NCBI GenBank assembly: GCA_965216325.1
Contig: OZ244160.1
Location: 1,792,001-1,856,000 of the forward strand
DNA: 64,000 nucleotides
Reading direction: 5' to 3'
From: Coraliomargarita sp.
GTDB lineage: Bacteria; Verrucomicrobiota; Verrucomicrobiia; Opitutales; Coraliomargaritaceae
Below the pieces are notes generated by a model, which had not been told where the DNA came from, ran no database searches, and worked only from the letters and a program-made list of their open reading frames with translations. A program made the translations under genes and the position numbers. Each line of letters begins with the position of its first letter. Position 1 is the stretch's first letter. Positions 36,008 to 46,539 of the stretch are shown here, one piece after another.

Positions 36008-39000
36008 ATGAAAACAAACAAGCAACTTATCGCACTCACAACGCTCAGCTTACTCGCTTTAGCTGCTCAGTCTGCATGGGCACTGAAGATCGATATTCCC
36101 AAAGAGCTGGAAGCTGAAGTCGAAGCTCAGCGAGCGGCCGAGCAGGAGGCCTTGGCTGCTGAAATTGAAAGTATCTATGAGGGGAAGGTTGTGCTCCGAG
36201 AGGGGGGAGCAATGAGCTTCGTTGCTGAGTCGGGTGAGCCACTCGTTGAGCCAGAGACGACTGTGGAGACTGAATCATCGGAGCCGGAATACGTCGATTT
36301 TGGTGCGATGGAAGTCGCTGGACCAGAGGCTGAACTTACTGCGGATGAAGGGCGAATCTACGGCCAGATTATTGATCAGGATACCAGTGTCCCGCTTGCA
36401 GGTGTGGCGATTCTACTGGAGACAGGTGTCGAAGGTGAAGAAGTTGGGACAATTACCGACGCCAATGGGGAGTATGCTATCGGGCCTGTAGGTGCAGGGG
36501 TGTATACCCTGAGCATGTTTAAGGATGGGTATATCGGATCGACGGTTACAGATTATGAGATCGAAGGAGGCTTGGACAAGCAATTCGCGTTTGCTTTGCC
36601 TCTGCGTCCGGCTGAAATGTCTGACGAAGCTTATGAGTTGACTGGGTTTACCGTCTCAGCAGATGAAGCCAACGACATGATGATGAAGTTGGATTTGAAG
36701 TTTAATTCAGATCGAGCGCTTGATGTCATGAGTGCAGAAGACTTTTCAAAATTTGCTGCAAGTGATGTTGCGGATGCTGTGAAGCGCATCGCAGGGGTTT
36801 CGGTTAACGATGGCAAATTCCCATCGGTGCGTGGTTTGAATGATCGTTACACGGTGACTACGCTTAATGGAATGCCTTTACCAAGTCCGGACCCATTTCG
36901 GAAATCTCCGCAGTTTGATATGTTCCCTTCGTCACTGCTGGATTCAATTGTGGTTAGTAAATCTGCTACGGCTGATTTAGCAGGAGAATCGACTGCTGCA
37001 AACTTCGACTTGATCACTAAGCGTTTGCCTGAAGAGCGCATTCTGAAATTTAGTTTCGGTCTAGGTGTTAATGAGAATGCTTGGGATGATTTTCGTGATT
37101 TCGATCGCCCTAGTTCATACTGGTATGCCGACGCTGCGGATGATTTTGATCCGGCACCGCGCGAGAATTATGAGGATCCTAACGTGCGTCCAGGTTACGA
37201 TCCGACCGATGAGTTTTTGTCAAAGCGGGCCAGCAAGCGCCCAGATATGTCTTTCTCTGGAACCTATGGTGAAACCTTTGAATTTCGTAATGACCGCCGC
37301 TTAGGTGTAGTGGCCTCGGGTTACTACAAGATTAAGCGTGAAACGCTGTCAGATGCGACACGGGTGGATGATTATGACTTTGAGTCGGCTCAAGTGTTAC
37401 GCCCAGATGAGGATCCGCGTGTCATTAATATCGGCCAGCCGTCTTACATTCAGTTAGATGACATGGGCAATTTTGCAGGCTTTGTGCCAGTTGCGTCGTA
37501 TGTTCCGGTCAACGGCGTCGAACCAGAGCGTGGAGTCGACCCACTTTTCTTTGGTGATTCTGTGGTAAACGTTCCCTATGGGGATGAGACTACTTATGAC
37601 TTCTCGGCTTACTCTGAAAGTGTTCTGCTTGGCGGTCTTGCAGGCCTTACCTATGAAATGGGAGACGATCATGTGGTTGGCACGAACCTGTTTCATAGTC
37701 GCACTTCAGATACCTATGTAGGGCATGCGGTGAATGGTATTAATCCTGGTGAGAATATTGCAGGAACGGTTTTGGAGTTAGAGCGTGAAACGCTCTACTA
37801 TGTAGAGCGCTCGTTGACTGCGCTTCAGTTGTTTGGTGAGCATCGTTTGACGAGTATTCCGGTTTTTGATTCCCTATTTTCCTGGGGTTATCAGCATGCC
37901 AGAGCAAATCAGGATGAGCCAGATTTTCGCGATACGGTTCGTGTGTTAGACCAAGATGGTAATCGTCGTAATGTTAATAGCACTGATAACATTGCTTATA
38001 GTTCACGATCATGGAGAAGTGTGGATGAGGAGGAAGATAGTTTGCGTCTGGATCTGGAGTTGGATCTCGATGAAAAAACAAACGCATTTATAGGTTATGC
38101 GCGTTCAGATGCAGATCGAACCTCTGAGGTGCAGACTTATATCGAACGCCGCACCGATACCTTTTCGACCGGTGAAATCGTTATTCCGGATGGTCCGATT
38201 GATTCTTTCCTTGCAACCGACGGTATTCGTGGTGAGTCGGATTCGGAGCGAACGATCGATGCGGTTTATGGCATGGTCCAGCGTGATATTAATGAATTCA
38301 TCGGTCTGAATTTTGGTGTTCGCTGGGAAGATTCGGTTATCGGGGTCGAAAGCGATACTCAACTCGATAGCGCGGGCACTCTAGCTGATGTGTTTCGATT
38401 GTTCGATTCTGCACGTTTCGTTGACCCACCCAATGAGGTGACTCAGATTCTTTCGAATCAGGCGGATATTCTGGGTGTGCCAGTGGGATACAGCAATACC
38501 ACTGGTTCTGATATTGAGACCGAATTACTTGATGAATTGTATTTGCCGAGTGTGCTCGTTACTCTGAAGCCAGCGGAAGCGTTGCAGATAAAGTTGGGCT
38601 ACTTCGAGACGATTAACCGGCCCTCTTTTCGTGAGATTACGGGGGATATTTTCGTCGACAGTCTGACTGGTGATCGCCTCGCAGGTAACCCCTTCTTGAA
38701 GTCGTCTCGCACCGATAATTATGACTTTCGAGTTGAGTTGCGCCCTGCGGATGCCGGGTGGGAGCTTCCATTCTGGGAGGGGTTTCTTACCGACGGTGAC
38801 ATGCTGGGTGTAAGTCTATTCAAGAAAGAGATTACAGATCCGATCGAATTTCTCCAGCCAACTGCGGCGGGAACAATTGATGAGATTCCATTCAACAACA
38901 CGGAGGGTGCAGATGCAGAGGGTATCGAAGTCGAGTTTAATAAGAATCTTTCCTTCATTGGAGTTCCCTATGCAGAGTATTTTTCGTTCGGTGGTAACAT

Positions 39001-39490
39001 CTCGTGGACCGATGCCGTTGTTGGAGTTAGCCAGGCAGAAAAGGACCTGCTCGGGCTGAATGATAATATCGATGGAGACGCATTGAAGGACGAGCGTCCA
39101 CTTACTGAGCAACCAGATCGGATCGTTAACTTGAATCTCAATTTTGAGCAACCGGAATGGGGTTTCACGGCAACGCTTGCTTACAATTTCAAAACTGAAA
39201 TTCTCGAGAGCATTGGCTCGCAGGATGAACTGGATGCGTATCGAGGAGAATCGGAGCGCTTGGATTTGGTTCTCTCTAAGTCGTTTGATAACGGCCTCAC
39301 CTTGAAGTTCTCCATTAAGAACTTACTGGATGATGAAGAAGAGGCCTATTTCCGAAATCGTGCCCCTGATTACAACAATCCTGACATCCCGAATATGGAG
39401 AATCCCAGCTCATTTGGGGAGGATTTGTCGCGGATTTCAGGTGGCTCGATAGGACGCACATTCGCAATTAGTGCCAGCTACGAATTCTAG
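36008..39490 (+). CDS. TonB-dependent receptor with an N-terminal carboxypeptidase-regulatory-like domain
   Basis: Signal peptide; GRIYGQIID...PLAGV; plug motifs SDVADAVKRIAGVSV, VRGLNDRY, DMFPSSLLDSIVVSKS; NRPSFRE, GNPFLK, NLLD; ends ISASYEF. Confidence 0.93.
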   Translation: MKTNKQLIALTTLSLLALAAQSAWALKIDIPKELEAEVEAQRAAEQEALAAEIESIYEGKVVLREGGAMSFVAESGEPLVEPETTVETESSEPEYVDFGAMEVAGPEAELTADEGRIYGQIIDQDTSVPLAGVAILLETGVEGEEVGTITDANGEYAIGPVGAGVYTLSMFKDGYIGSTVTDYEIEGGLDKQFAFALPLRPAEMSDEAYELTGFTVSADEANDMMMKLDLKFNSDRALDVMSAEDFSKFAASDVADAVKRIAGVSVNDGKFPSVRGLNDRYTVTTLNGMPLPSPDPFRKSPQFDMFPSSLLDSIVVSKSATADLAGESTAANFDLITKRLPEERILKFSFGLGVNENAWDDFRDFDRPSSYWYADAADDFDPAPRENYEDPNVRPGYDPTDEFLSKRASKRPDMSFSGTYGETFEFRNDRRLGVVASGYYKIKRETLSDATRVDDYDFESAQVLRPDEDPRVINIGQPSYIQLDDMGNFAGFVPVASYVPVNGVEPERGVDPLFFGDSVVNVPYGDETTYDFSAYSESVLLGGLAGLTYEMGDDHVVGTNLFHSRTSDTYVGHAVNGINPGENIAGTVLELERETLYYVERSLTALQLFGEHRLTSIPVFDSLFSWGYQHARANQDEPDFRDTVRVLDQDGNRRNVNSTDNIAYSSRSWRSVDEEEDSLRLDLELDLDEKTNAFIGYARSDADRTSEVQTYIERRTDTFSTGEIVIPDGPIDSFLATDGIRGESDSERTIDAVYGMVQRDINEFIGLNFGVRWEDSVIGVESDTQLDSAGTLADVFRLFDSARFVDPPNEVTQILSNQADILGVPVGYSNTTGSDIETELLDELYLPSVLVTLKPAEALQIKLGYFETINRPSFREITGDIFVDSLTGDRLAGNPFLKSSRTDNYDFRVELRPADAGWELPFWEGFLTDGDMLGVSLFKKEITDPIEFLQPTAAGTIDEIPFNNTEGADAEGIEVEFNKNLSFIGVPYAEYFSFGGNISWTDAVVGVSQAEKDLLGLNDNIDGDALKDERPLTEQPDRIVNLNLNFEQPEWGFTATLAYNFKTEILESIGSQDELDAYRGESERLDLVLSKSFDNGLTLKFSIKNLLDDEEEAYFRNRAPDYNNPDIPNMENPSSFGEDLSRISGGSIGRTFAISASYEF

Positions 39491-39520
39491 AGGCGGAACT
39501 GACAAGATAGAATATTTGCT

Positions 39521-39549
39521 TTGTCACGACTTTGTCACGTGGGTGCCAC
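39521..39549 (+). promoter_or_regulatory. PHO-box-like direct repeats
   Basis: TTGTCAC-GACT-TTGTCAC-GTGG-GTGCCAC: three half-sites at 11-bp period (PhoB consensus CTGTCAT-N4-CTGTCAY). Confidence 0.65.
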
Positions 39550-39631
39550 TGATTCGACGCTTCGGTCATATAGTATGGAGGTCTCTTTGGCGGCCTATGC
39601 TGCTTCTCTCATAAAAAATAACTAAATTAGT

Positions 39632-41260
39632 ATGAAAAAGACACTCCTAACTGCGAGCATCGTTGCATCTGCTGCAGCGGCGAATGCTGCCGTTCTTGTT
39701 AATACCGACGTTACGTCCGATACAACATGGACCGCAGCTAACAGCCCTTACATCCTTGACGATATCATTTACGTCAAGAATGGAGCTACACTCACTATTG
39801 AGCCCGGCACAATCGTTCGTGGAAACCCACGCACGGACCTTGCAACATTCAACCCAGGTGCGCTTGTCATTACTACTGAAGGCCGCATCAACGCAGTTGG
39901 TGAAGCAAACAATCCAATTATTTTCACAACTGCTGCGCTTGATGTTGATGGTAACGGTGTTGCTGATGGCATCGACTTAGAGGTCGTTGTTGTCGATGGT
40001 GATGACGTTAAGAACATCGCAGCTGACCGTGCGACTGCATCTTCTACTCTGTTCCTTGACGCAGATCCAGCTAACGCGCCGCTCCCTCCTGCTCTTTATG
40101 ACGGTGGTGGCGACATCCAAACTACAACTGATGCTGATGGTGACACTATCAACATCGAATACCGCCAGCTTTGGGGTGGTATCATCATCCTTGGTGAGGC
40201 TCCAGTTAACACAGACGTAGTTGCTGCTGGCGGTCTTGGTCGCCAGTTCATTGAAGGTCTTCCTGTCGGTGCAGACGCTGCCTTTGGTGGTTTCAATCCA
40301 AATGACAATTCTGGTGCGCTTGCATACGTGTCCATCCGTCACGGTGGTGCTGTGATTGGTGCTGCGAACGAAATCAACGGCCTTACAATGGGTGGTGTTG
40401 GCTTCGGCACTCGTATCGATCACATCGAGGTATACTGCAATGCTGACGACGGCTATGAGTGGTTTGGTGGCACAGTGAACACTAAGTATCTTGCATCTAT
40501 CTTCAACAATGACGATGCGTTCGACCACGACGAAGGTTTCACAGGCCTTGGTCAGTTCTGGTTTAGCATCTTCAACAACGATGGCACGAATGGTGACAAG
40601 GCTGGTGAGCACGATGGTAAGACTGGCGATGCAAACAGCCTTGAGCTTCCGAAGACCTTCCCTGTCATCTACAATGCGACTTACATCGGTGGTGGTGAAA
40701 CCAACACGCGTGGCACAGAAGCATTCCGTATCCGCGATGATTGGGGCGGTGCTTACTACAACTCCATCTTCTCCAAGTTCAAGGGTGATGCTGTTGAGGT
40801 TGAGGTTGACGGTTTGGCTCGCCTTGCTGCCGGTGAAGTTATTTTCCACGAGTGCACATGGTTCGATTTCGGCGGTGCAGACGACGCAGCTAGCTATGGC
40901 AAGGCTGTCGACGTTGATACTGGTGACGCTCTTGCTGATGCGATCACAAATAGTTCAAACGAAGCGATTGTTGAAGCAATCTGGACTGCAGATTCAACGA
41001 ACCGCATTACCAACCCAGGCTACGCAGCATTCGATCGCCGTGCTGCTAACGGCGTGAACCCAGCTGCTCCTCTTGGTCTTGGCACTATCAACAACGGCAC
41101 TTCTTTCGGTGAGCCCGAAACAGCCACCTTTTTTGAGGATGTTGCTTACAAGGGTGCCTTCTCCACTGACCAAACTGCAACGCTTTGGACCACTGGTTGG
41201 ACTGCGCTCAACAAGCGTGGCATCCTCGTAGACCGTGGTGACGGCCTCTCTGTTGACTAA
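39632..41260 (+). CDS. Secreted Asp/Gly-rich protein, probable right-handed beta-helix, function unknown
   Basis: Signal peptide; LTIEPGT, NPIIFT, WGGIIILGEAP, DNSGALAYVSIRHGG, NEINGLTMGGVG, DDGYEWFGGTV, DDAFDHDEG. Confidence 0.85.
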   Translation: MKKTLLTASIVASAAAANAAVLVNTDVTSDTTWTAANSPYILDDIIYVKNGATLTIEPGTIVRGNPRTDLATFNPGALVITTEGRINAVGEANNPIIFTTAALDVDGNGVADGIDLEVVVVDGDDVKNIAADRATASSTLFLDADPANAPLPPALYDGGGDIQTTTDADGDTINIEYRQLWGGIIILGEAPVNTDVVAAGGLGRQFIEGLPVGADAAFGGFNPNDNSGALAYVSIRHGGAVIGAANEINGLTMGGVGFGTRIDHIEVYCNADDGYEWFGGTVNTKYLASIFNNDDAFDHDEGFTGLGQFWFSIFNNDGTNGDKAGEHDGKTGDANSLELPKTFPVIYNATYIGGGETNTRGTEAFRIRDDWGGAYYNSIFSKFKGDAVEVEVDGLARLAAGEVIFHECTWFDFGGADDAASYGKAVDVDTGDALADAITNSSNEAIVEAIWTADSTNRITNPGYAAFDRRAANGVNPAAPLGLGTINNGTSFGEPETATFFEDVAYKGAFSTDQTATLWTTGWTALNKRGILVDRGDGLSVD

Positions 41261-41275
41261 AATTCAGTATAACTT

Positions 41276-41300
41276 CCCCCAGCAGAATTTCTGCTGGGGG
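41276..41300 (+). other. Strong intergenic hairpin without a U-tract (mRNA stabiliser or processing signal)
   Basis: CCCCCAGCAGA-ATT-TCTGCTGGGGG. Confidence 0.55.
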
Positions 41301-41331
41301 ATTCTGACTTAAACATAGAAAACTACATAAA

Positions 41332-42078
41332 ATGAAAAAAGTAATTCTCTTCTCTGCGGCAATGTCTGCAGCAGCAGTATCGTCTTACGCGCAAAGCCTC
41401 GTTGCTGGTTGGGACTTTTCCCAGTTTCAGTTCGATGGCAGTGCTGACACTACTGGTGACTTTGTGGGTAATCCATCTATCGATTCCAATTTTGGTGTGA
41501 ATGCGTCGACCCTCTATTGGGACGGTAGCTTTAGCACAACGGCGATCGATTTCGGCGGGGCATTCGCATTTGCTCCAGCTGATGTTTTCGGTTCAAACGG
41601 TGCGCAGCAAAGCGGCAACTTGACAACACCAGGCCTTGGCGGTGATTTCTCCGGTTCTGGTTTCGGCCTTCGTTTCGGCACTGGTGCCGAAGGTGAAGAG
41701 TTTGTCTTCGCACTCGACACAACAACCTTCGGTGACATCAGCCTCACGTTCGATGCTCAAACAAACAACGGTTCTTCTGACCTGCAGTTTGCTTACAGCA
41801 CAAACGGTGGTGCTTCTTACACGAACTTCGGTAGTGCAGTTACAGTAGGTAGCTCTTCTGCTCTTCAGACTGTTGACATGTCTGCAGTGGATGCAATCGA
41901 AGGTCTCGCTCAAGCGCTCATCAAGGTTTCCATCTCCGGTCTTTCCGGTGCGGAAACACTTAGCTTGGATAATGTTCAGGTCCTCTCTGCTGGTGCAGCG
42001 GTTCCAGAGCCTTCCTCCTTCGCAGCTATCTTTGGTGGTCTTGCGCTTGCATTCGCAGCAGCACGTCGCCGTAACTAA
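41332..42078 (+). CDS. PEP-CTERM surface protein
   Basis: Signal peptide; C-terminal VPEPSSFAAIFGGLALAFAAARRRN. Confidence 0.95.
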   Translation: MKKVILFSAAMSAAAVSSYAQSLVAGWDFSQFQFDGSADTTGDFVGNPSIDSNFGVNASTLYWDGSFSTTAIDFGGAFAFAPADVFGSNGAQQSGNLTTPGLGGDFSGSGFGLRFGTGAEGEEFVFALDTTTFGDISLTFDAQTNNGSSDLQFAYSTNGGASYTNFGSAVTVGSSSALQTVDMSAVDAIEGLAQALIKVSISGLSGAETLSLDNVQVLSAGAAVPEPSSFAAIFGGLALAFAAARRRN

Positions 42079-42105
42079 TCCTACAAAGGTTTAAACACTA
42101 TTACT

Positions 42106-42140
42106 GCGGGCATGGTCATAATGGCTATGCCCGCTTTTTT
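42106..42140 (+). terminator. Intrinsic terminator
   Basis: GCGGGCATGGTCA-TAA-TGGCTATGCCCGC followed by TTTTTT. Confidence 0.85.
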
Positions 42141-42464
42141 GTTTATGGGGGCCTGTTGATGCCTATGAGCTAATTACGCTCTTTGTAGTATCCCGTTGCC
42201 TTGCTGTAGGAATCGCACAACTGCACTTTATGGTGTATGGACTTACTTGTATCGGCTTGAGAAGGATTTACATTGTGGTTGATGAAAAGAGTATCATCCG
42301 ATTGTTACATTCTAACGTTTGGCTAGGTTTCAATTTTGTCGAATTTTTTGTCGGTGTTTCCGATCGCTATACTTGAGATGATCTTACTTGAGTCTCTGAT
42401 GACTCAGGGGCAGGTTAGTTGAGATCTGGCTAGATGACTCAACTCAGTTATTCTATGTAGGTAT

Positions 42465-42503
42465 ATAAAAATGCCACCAGAACAGTTCCGGTGGCATTTT
42501 TAT
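42465..42503 (-). terminator. Bidirectional-type terminator
   Basis: ATAAAAATGCCACC...GGTGGCATTTTTAT. Confidence 0.75.
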
Positions 42504-42529
42504 GCTTCAGCACTCGCTGGAATGGTTTC

Positions 42530-43273
42530 TTATCTAAATGTATCCCATGTGATGCCTTCTAGGGAGGGGGCTGCTTCAATTATCTTGTTATTCTTGTCTA
42601 TCAGGAGCGCGTGTATCCCTTTTTCACGTGTTGTGAACATAGATGCCTTGAAACCTTCAGTGAACATTGGGATAATCGCTGGATAACCAACTTGATGCTC
42701 TTGAAGAAAGTTTAGGAAATCCTCGTTCTTCATCGTAGTCGGTAGCATAAGAATCACTCCAATTTTGTTGTCAGCAAACTTGCTGTTGAGTTGATCGAGG
42801 CGTTTTAATGCAGCTGTGACATCTTCTGTGTCTTCAGGGAGTTCATTGATGAGAAAATAATCAAAATCAACGAATGCAGATTCCGCCATGGCGATTGTGT
42901 CGCTGTGCTCGTAGCTGAAGACTCGCCGGGCGATTTGGCTTAGGAACAGGCCAGCAATATTATCGTTGTTCTGAGCGATGCTGGCAAAATCGGTTTCGTT
43001 TGCTTCTAGCAAGTGTGTGCCACTTCGGTCGATGATTGCAATCTTGGCATCCGGATAAGCTCGAACAAAGGTGCATTGAATGCCTTTGGTCAGGATTTTT
43101 CTGCCATCTGGCCCGAACTTATCTTCACGAGGTGTTACATGGAGAGGCCACTTATTTGAGTTGGCGTAGATCTCCTTGTAGCTGAGTGGTTGTTGCTCTT
43201 GGCTGCTGAGGCTGATTGTTAGGCAGCACGGAAGTAAAGTAAGTAAGGCTGTAAGTTTAAGTGTTTTGTTCAT
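42530..43273 (-). CDS. Exported hypothetical protein; C-terminal half is thioredoxin-fold-like without CxxC
   Basis: Signal-like N-terminus (MNKTLKL...); KFADNKIGVILM...GIHALLIDKNNKII resembles redoxin ends. Confidence 0.65.
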   Translation of the reverse strand: MNKTLKLTALLTLLPCCLTISLSSQEQQPLSYKEIYANSNKWPLHVTPREDKFGPDGRKILTKGIQCTFVRAYPDAKIAIIDRSGTHLLEANETDFASIAQNNDNIAGLFLSQIARRVFSYEHSDTIAMAESAFVDFDYFLINELPEDTEDVTAALKRLDQLNSKFADNKIGVILMLPTTMKNEDFLNFLQEHQVGYPAIIPMFTEGFKASMFTTREKGIHALLIDKNNKIIEAAPSLEGITWDTFR

Positions 43274-43889
43274 TATCAAGAGTGTCATTACCGAAGCCTG
43301 GGGTGTTGAATTTATCGCGATTAGGCGGGTTCACGATGACCGGAACTTTAGTAAATGCCTCGAAGTCGATGATATCAGCATTGTTCTCTATATACCGTGC
43401 CACTGAGCCAGAGCTAGGGTTTGTATTGATGAAGTCCTGAAAGGCTTTTTCTGCTTCTGGGTTGTGCTGAAGGCTCCCATCAGTGCCACGTATCGCTTTG
43501 ATGAAGCGGCGGTGGTTTTGAAGGAGCAATTGATTGTTCTTGCTGAGCGAGGGGCTAGTGGAAATGGAACTCACAAGTGGGTGTCCGGTGCCAAAAGACT
43601 CTTCAATTGTAATCTTATAGGCGACGCCATGCTGAGTTAAATGCAGGCTTTTAGTTGCAGGGTTGAATTCAATGATTCGTATCCCATAGCGTTCGCGACC
43701 TTTTGTTAGCCAGAATGATGCCTGTCGGCTGTTATCGCGTAGGCTAAAACGTTCTTCGTTGTTATAGTTGAAATACCCAGTGAGGGACAGATTGATTCCT
43801 GAGTCTGAGGCGTAGGAGGCGCACACAAGCATCCCAGTTATGAATAACTTGTGGAATTTGTGTGCTGCTAAATTTGCCCATCTGATCAT
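43257..43889 (-). CDS. Exported hypothetical protein
   Basis: 210-aa ORF with a hydrophobic N-terminal segment; no confident family. Confidence 0.6.
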   Translation of the reverse strand: MIRWANLAAHKFHKLFITGMLVCASYASDSGINLSLTGYFNYNNEERFSLRDNSRQASFWLTKGRERYGIRIIEFNPATKSLHLTQHGVAYKITIEESFGTGHPLVSSISTSPSLSKNNQLLLQNHRRFIKAIRGTDGSLQHNPEAEKAFQDFINTNPSSGSVARYIENNADIIDFEAFTKVPVIVNPPNRDKFNTPGFGNDTLDNEQNT

Positions 43890-43959
43890 TACAGCAGATG
43901 AATGTCTCTATGGGGGACGGGGCAAAATAAAAAATGTGACAATTTCGTTAAGTGGGATT

Positions 43960-44736
43960 CTAGCGGGTTACACTTAACTCTAGGGGGGAGCCTTCGAAAT
44001 ACTCTTCGTAAATGCCGACGCCGACCATGACTTCATCTATCTGCATGAAGCTTGTTCCTGTCTCGGGAGAATTGAGCAGTAGGTTTTTTGCTACCGTGAT
44101 ACCTGAAACTGATGTTAAATTTGAAGGCATGGAGACTGAGGTGATTGCATTGCCTTTGTAGCTGATAATTTTACTGATCAGATAATTCTCTTCCGATAGA
44201 TAGAATTCGTAGTGTTTGTTTGGCTTATTTTTCTCTGTAGCGGTTATGATTTGGTGTATCTTACCTTCATAGCTTTTGACGCCTGAGTGCTTTAGCTTGG
44301 CATTGTTTTGCCAAAGGTGCATGAGTTTCGGCAGAACTTGAGCCTCATCTTCCAGTTGCTCTGCTTCATTAGGTGTGAGTGTCTGGTGGGCAAGCGTCTC
44401 GCCGCCCGCGATACGCGTTGCGGTCCACGCCTCTCTGCCATCGTGTGCACGTATGATTTGAATGAACTGCTCCTCTTTGCCTGGGATGGGCATGGTGATC
44501 GTTGCGCGGATCTGATTGGGGCGCTTCTTAATAATGCAGAAATCCACTAGCTGTCCGTCGCGCTCGATGGTGCCGGTAGTGCGTATGCTCTCTACCTTAT
44601 TCCAATCGCGTAGGCCGCCCATCGCGTCCGCATGTTTGCGGAGGATGTCTTGGAGCTCTCTTTCTTTGCTCACGTCCGCACTGGATAGGGCCGAGAATAG
44701 TGTCCAGATAAGTAGTAGGGTTGTGCAGGTTTTCAC
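43960..44736 (-). CDS. Exported LolA-like/outer-membrane lipoprotein-sorting family protein
   Basis: ILRKHADAMGG..W.KVESI..TG, KRPNQIR, HDGREAW pattern; GTG start. Confidence 0.65.
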   Translation of the reverse strand: MKTCTTLLLIWTLFSALSSADVSKERELQDILRKHADAMGGLRDWNKVESIRTTGTIERDGQLVDFCIIKKRPNQIRATITMPIPGKEEQFIQIIRAHDGREAWTATRIAGGETLAHQTLTPNEAEQLEDEAQVLPKLMHLWQNNAKLKHSGVKSYEGKIHQIITATEKNKPNKHYEFYLSEENYLISKIISYKGNAITSVSMPSNLTSVSGITVAKNLLLNSPETGTSFMQIDEVMVGVGIYEEYFEGSPLELSVTR

Positions 44737-44895
44737 ACAACTAATATACCTCAGCTATCGCTTGTTGGACAATGAACGTCCTGGTGACAACGGTTAAGCT
44801 TTGGCGACGCTGTTACGGTTGCCGGTGGAGTGTGGCAGAGTTTGCGATTCTGTAACTGCTGTGACGATTTTCCGCAAAGAATGCGAAGTGCAAAC

Positions 44896-44978
44896 TGGAG
44901 GGCAACGCTCCGCCGTTGCCATGATCACTCTTGTGAGCCTAATCTTGCGTGGTGGCATCGACGGAGCGTTGCCCTCCA
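44896..44978. repeat. REP doublet (TGGAGGGCAACGCTCCGCCGTTGCCA and its inverted copy)
   Basis: Two inverted 26-bp palindromic units at 44896-44921 and 44953-44978. Confidence 0.7.
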
Positions 44979-45074
44979 ATTGGTGGGGACGAATTGTGGC
45001 TTATGATGTGTATAACTACTGCGGTTGGTTGCTATACTGAGGGCGGGCGCGTCAAGTCGCGCCCCTACGAAACG

Positions 45075-45104
45075 AAAAAAGGCAGCCGCGTCTGCGACTG
45101 CCTT
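45075..45104 (-). terminator. Terminator of the Ton operon
   Basis: AAGGCAG.CGC...GCG.CTGCCTT with TTTTTT on the minus strand. Confidence 0.75.
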
Positions 45105-45128
45105 AGTTAAATTAAAGAGCGATGTAGA

Positions 45129-46496
45129 CTAACTTTGAGATTTAGCTGCTCTCTCTACGCGCGCAAGATAGTCTTGCAGGTTGTTGTCGTGCTTGAGCTT
45201 GAGGGCTTTGCGGATCATGGGCACGGCTTCGACGTAGTTGCCGTTACGCACGAGTGTCTGCGCGTGTGCAACGAGTGCGTCGCGTTCGTAGGCTTCGATC
45301 TTCTTGGCTTCGTCATAGCGAGTAGTGGCTTCGGGAAGCATGCCCTTGTCGGCGTAGTTGTTCGCAAGCTCGATCATGGCTTCGCCGTTCAGGACGTCTT
45401 GCTCCACAATTTTGATGAGCGTTGCGATTGCGGCGTCGGTGTCGCCTTCGGAGCGAGCGATCTTAGCAGTGAGGGTCAGCAGTTCAAGGTCTTGGTCTTG
45501 TGTGAGTGATTCGCCAAGCTTTTCGCGAGTCTTCGCGATCATCTTCTTGGATTCTTCGTAGTTACCGGTGCGTGTGAGAATGTCAGCCGCACGAACGAGG
45601 GCTTTGCCATCGTCTGGCCCGACGATTTCAGTCGCAGCGAGGTAAGCGTTGAGTGCCAGTGTGGGCGACTCGTTGTTCATGTAGATGTCCCCGAGGAGGG
45701 TGAGGGTGCTGATGTTAGCCTTGCCCATGCGGCGAACGATTTCGAGGTTCTTGGCGGCAACCAGTGGCTTGCCTGTGCCGAGGTAAGCGTTGCTCTGAAG
45801 TAGCCAGAAGTCGGTGTTGTCTGGTTGGTCCTTCAGGAGCGTGTCGAACAGTGCAATCGCGACGTCGAAGCGCTCGGTTTCGAGCAGGCAGCGAGCGAGG
45901 CCGACCTTCCAGTCGTTCACTTCAGGCTGCATCAGGATTGCTTGGCGATACGCTGCATCGGCTGCGTAGTAGCGCTCTTCAGTCAGGTAAGCGTATCCAA
46001 GAAGTCCATACGAACGTCCGTCGACTTCGCCGAGGTCCATTGCTTTGGAGATGACTGGAATCGCTTCCTTGAACTTGCCAGCTTGCACGAGCACGAGGCC
46101 AAGGTTCTTGTAGGCACGACGGAAGTCTGGGTGCTTCTTGGTCGCAGTCAGATAAAATTGCTGGGCCTTTTCTAAATTACCTTCCTGGAAGTAAAGGTTT
46201 GCGAGAATGAAGTCGAAGGCCGCGCTGGTGTCCGCAGTGATCTGTGGTTCGAGTTGTTGAATCGCGACCTTTGGACTGGCTTTGATCAGGTCGATCAAGC
46301 CACGCAGTGCTTCCTTCTCTTCTTCAGAGATCTTTGGCTCGTAGCCTGCTAGAAAGCCGTAGTCGCCGAGGAATTCCTTAATAAAGGTTGGGTTGTCCCA
46401 TTGGTTGATGGCCGGATTCGGCAGGTCGGATTGTGCGCTGAGGCTGCTAGCTGCAAGGTTGGCCCCAAGAAGAATGCTTTGGATGTATGTGCGCAT
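45129..46496 (-). CDS. Periplasmic TPR-repeat protein (TtpD-like)
   Basis: Signal peptide and multiple TPR motifs; last gene of the Ton operon. Confidence 0.88.
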   Translation of the reverse strand: MRTYIQSILLGANLAASSLSAQSDLPNPAINQWDNPTFIKEFLGDYGFLAGYEPKISEEEKEALRGLIDLIKASPKVAIQQLEPQITADTSAAFDFILANLYFQEGNLEKAQQFYLTATKKHPDFRRAYKNLGLVLVQAGKFKEAIPVISKAMDLGEVDGRSYGLLGYAYLTEERYYAADAAYRQAILMQPEVNDWKVGLARCLLETERFDVAIALFDTLLKDQPDNTDFWLLQSNAYLGTGKPLVAAKNLEIVRRMGKANISTLTLLGDIYMNNESPTLALNAYLAATEIVGPDDGKALVRAADILTRTGNYEESKKMIAKTREKLGESLTQDQDLELLTLTAKIARSEGDTDAAIATLIKIVEQDVLNGEAMIELANNYADKGMLPEATTRYDEAKKIEAYERDALVAHAQTLVRNGNYVEAVPMIRKALKLKHDNNLQDYLARVERAAKSQS

Positions 46497-46539
46497 GATT
46501 TATTGAGTTGGAAAGTCTGAACGTAGAATGTGGGAAGGT

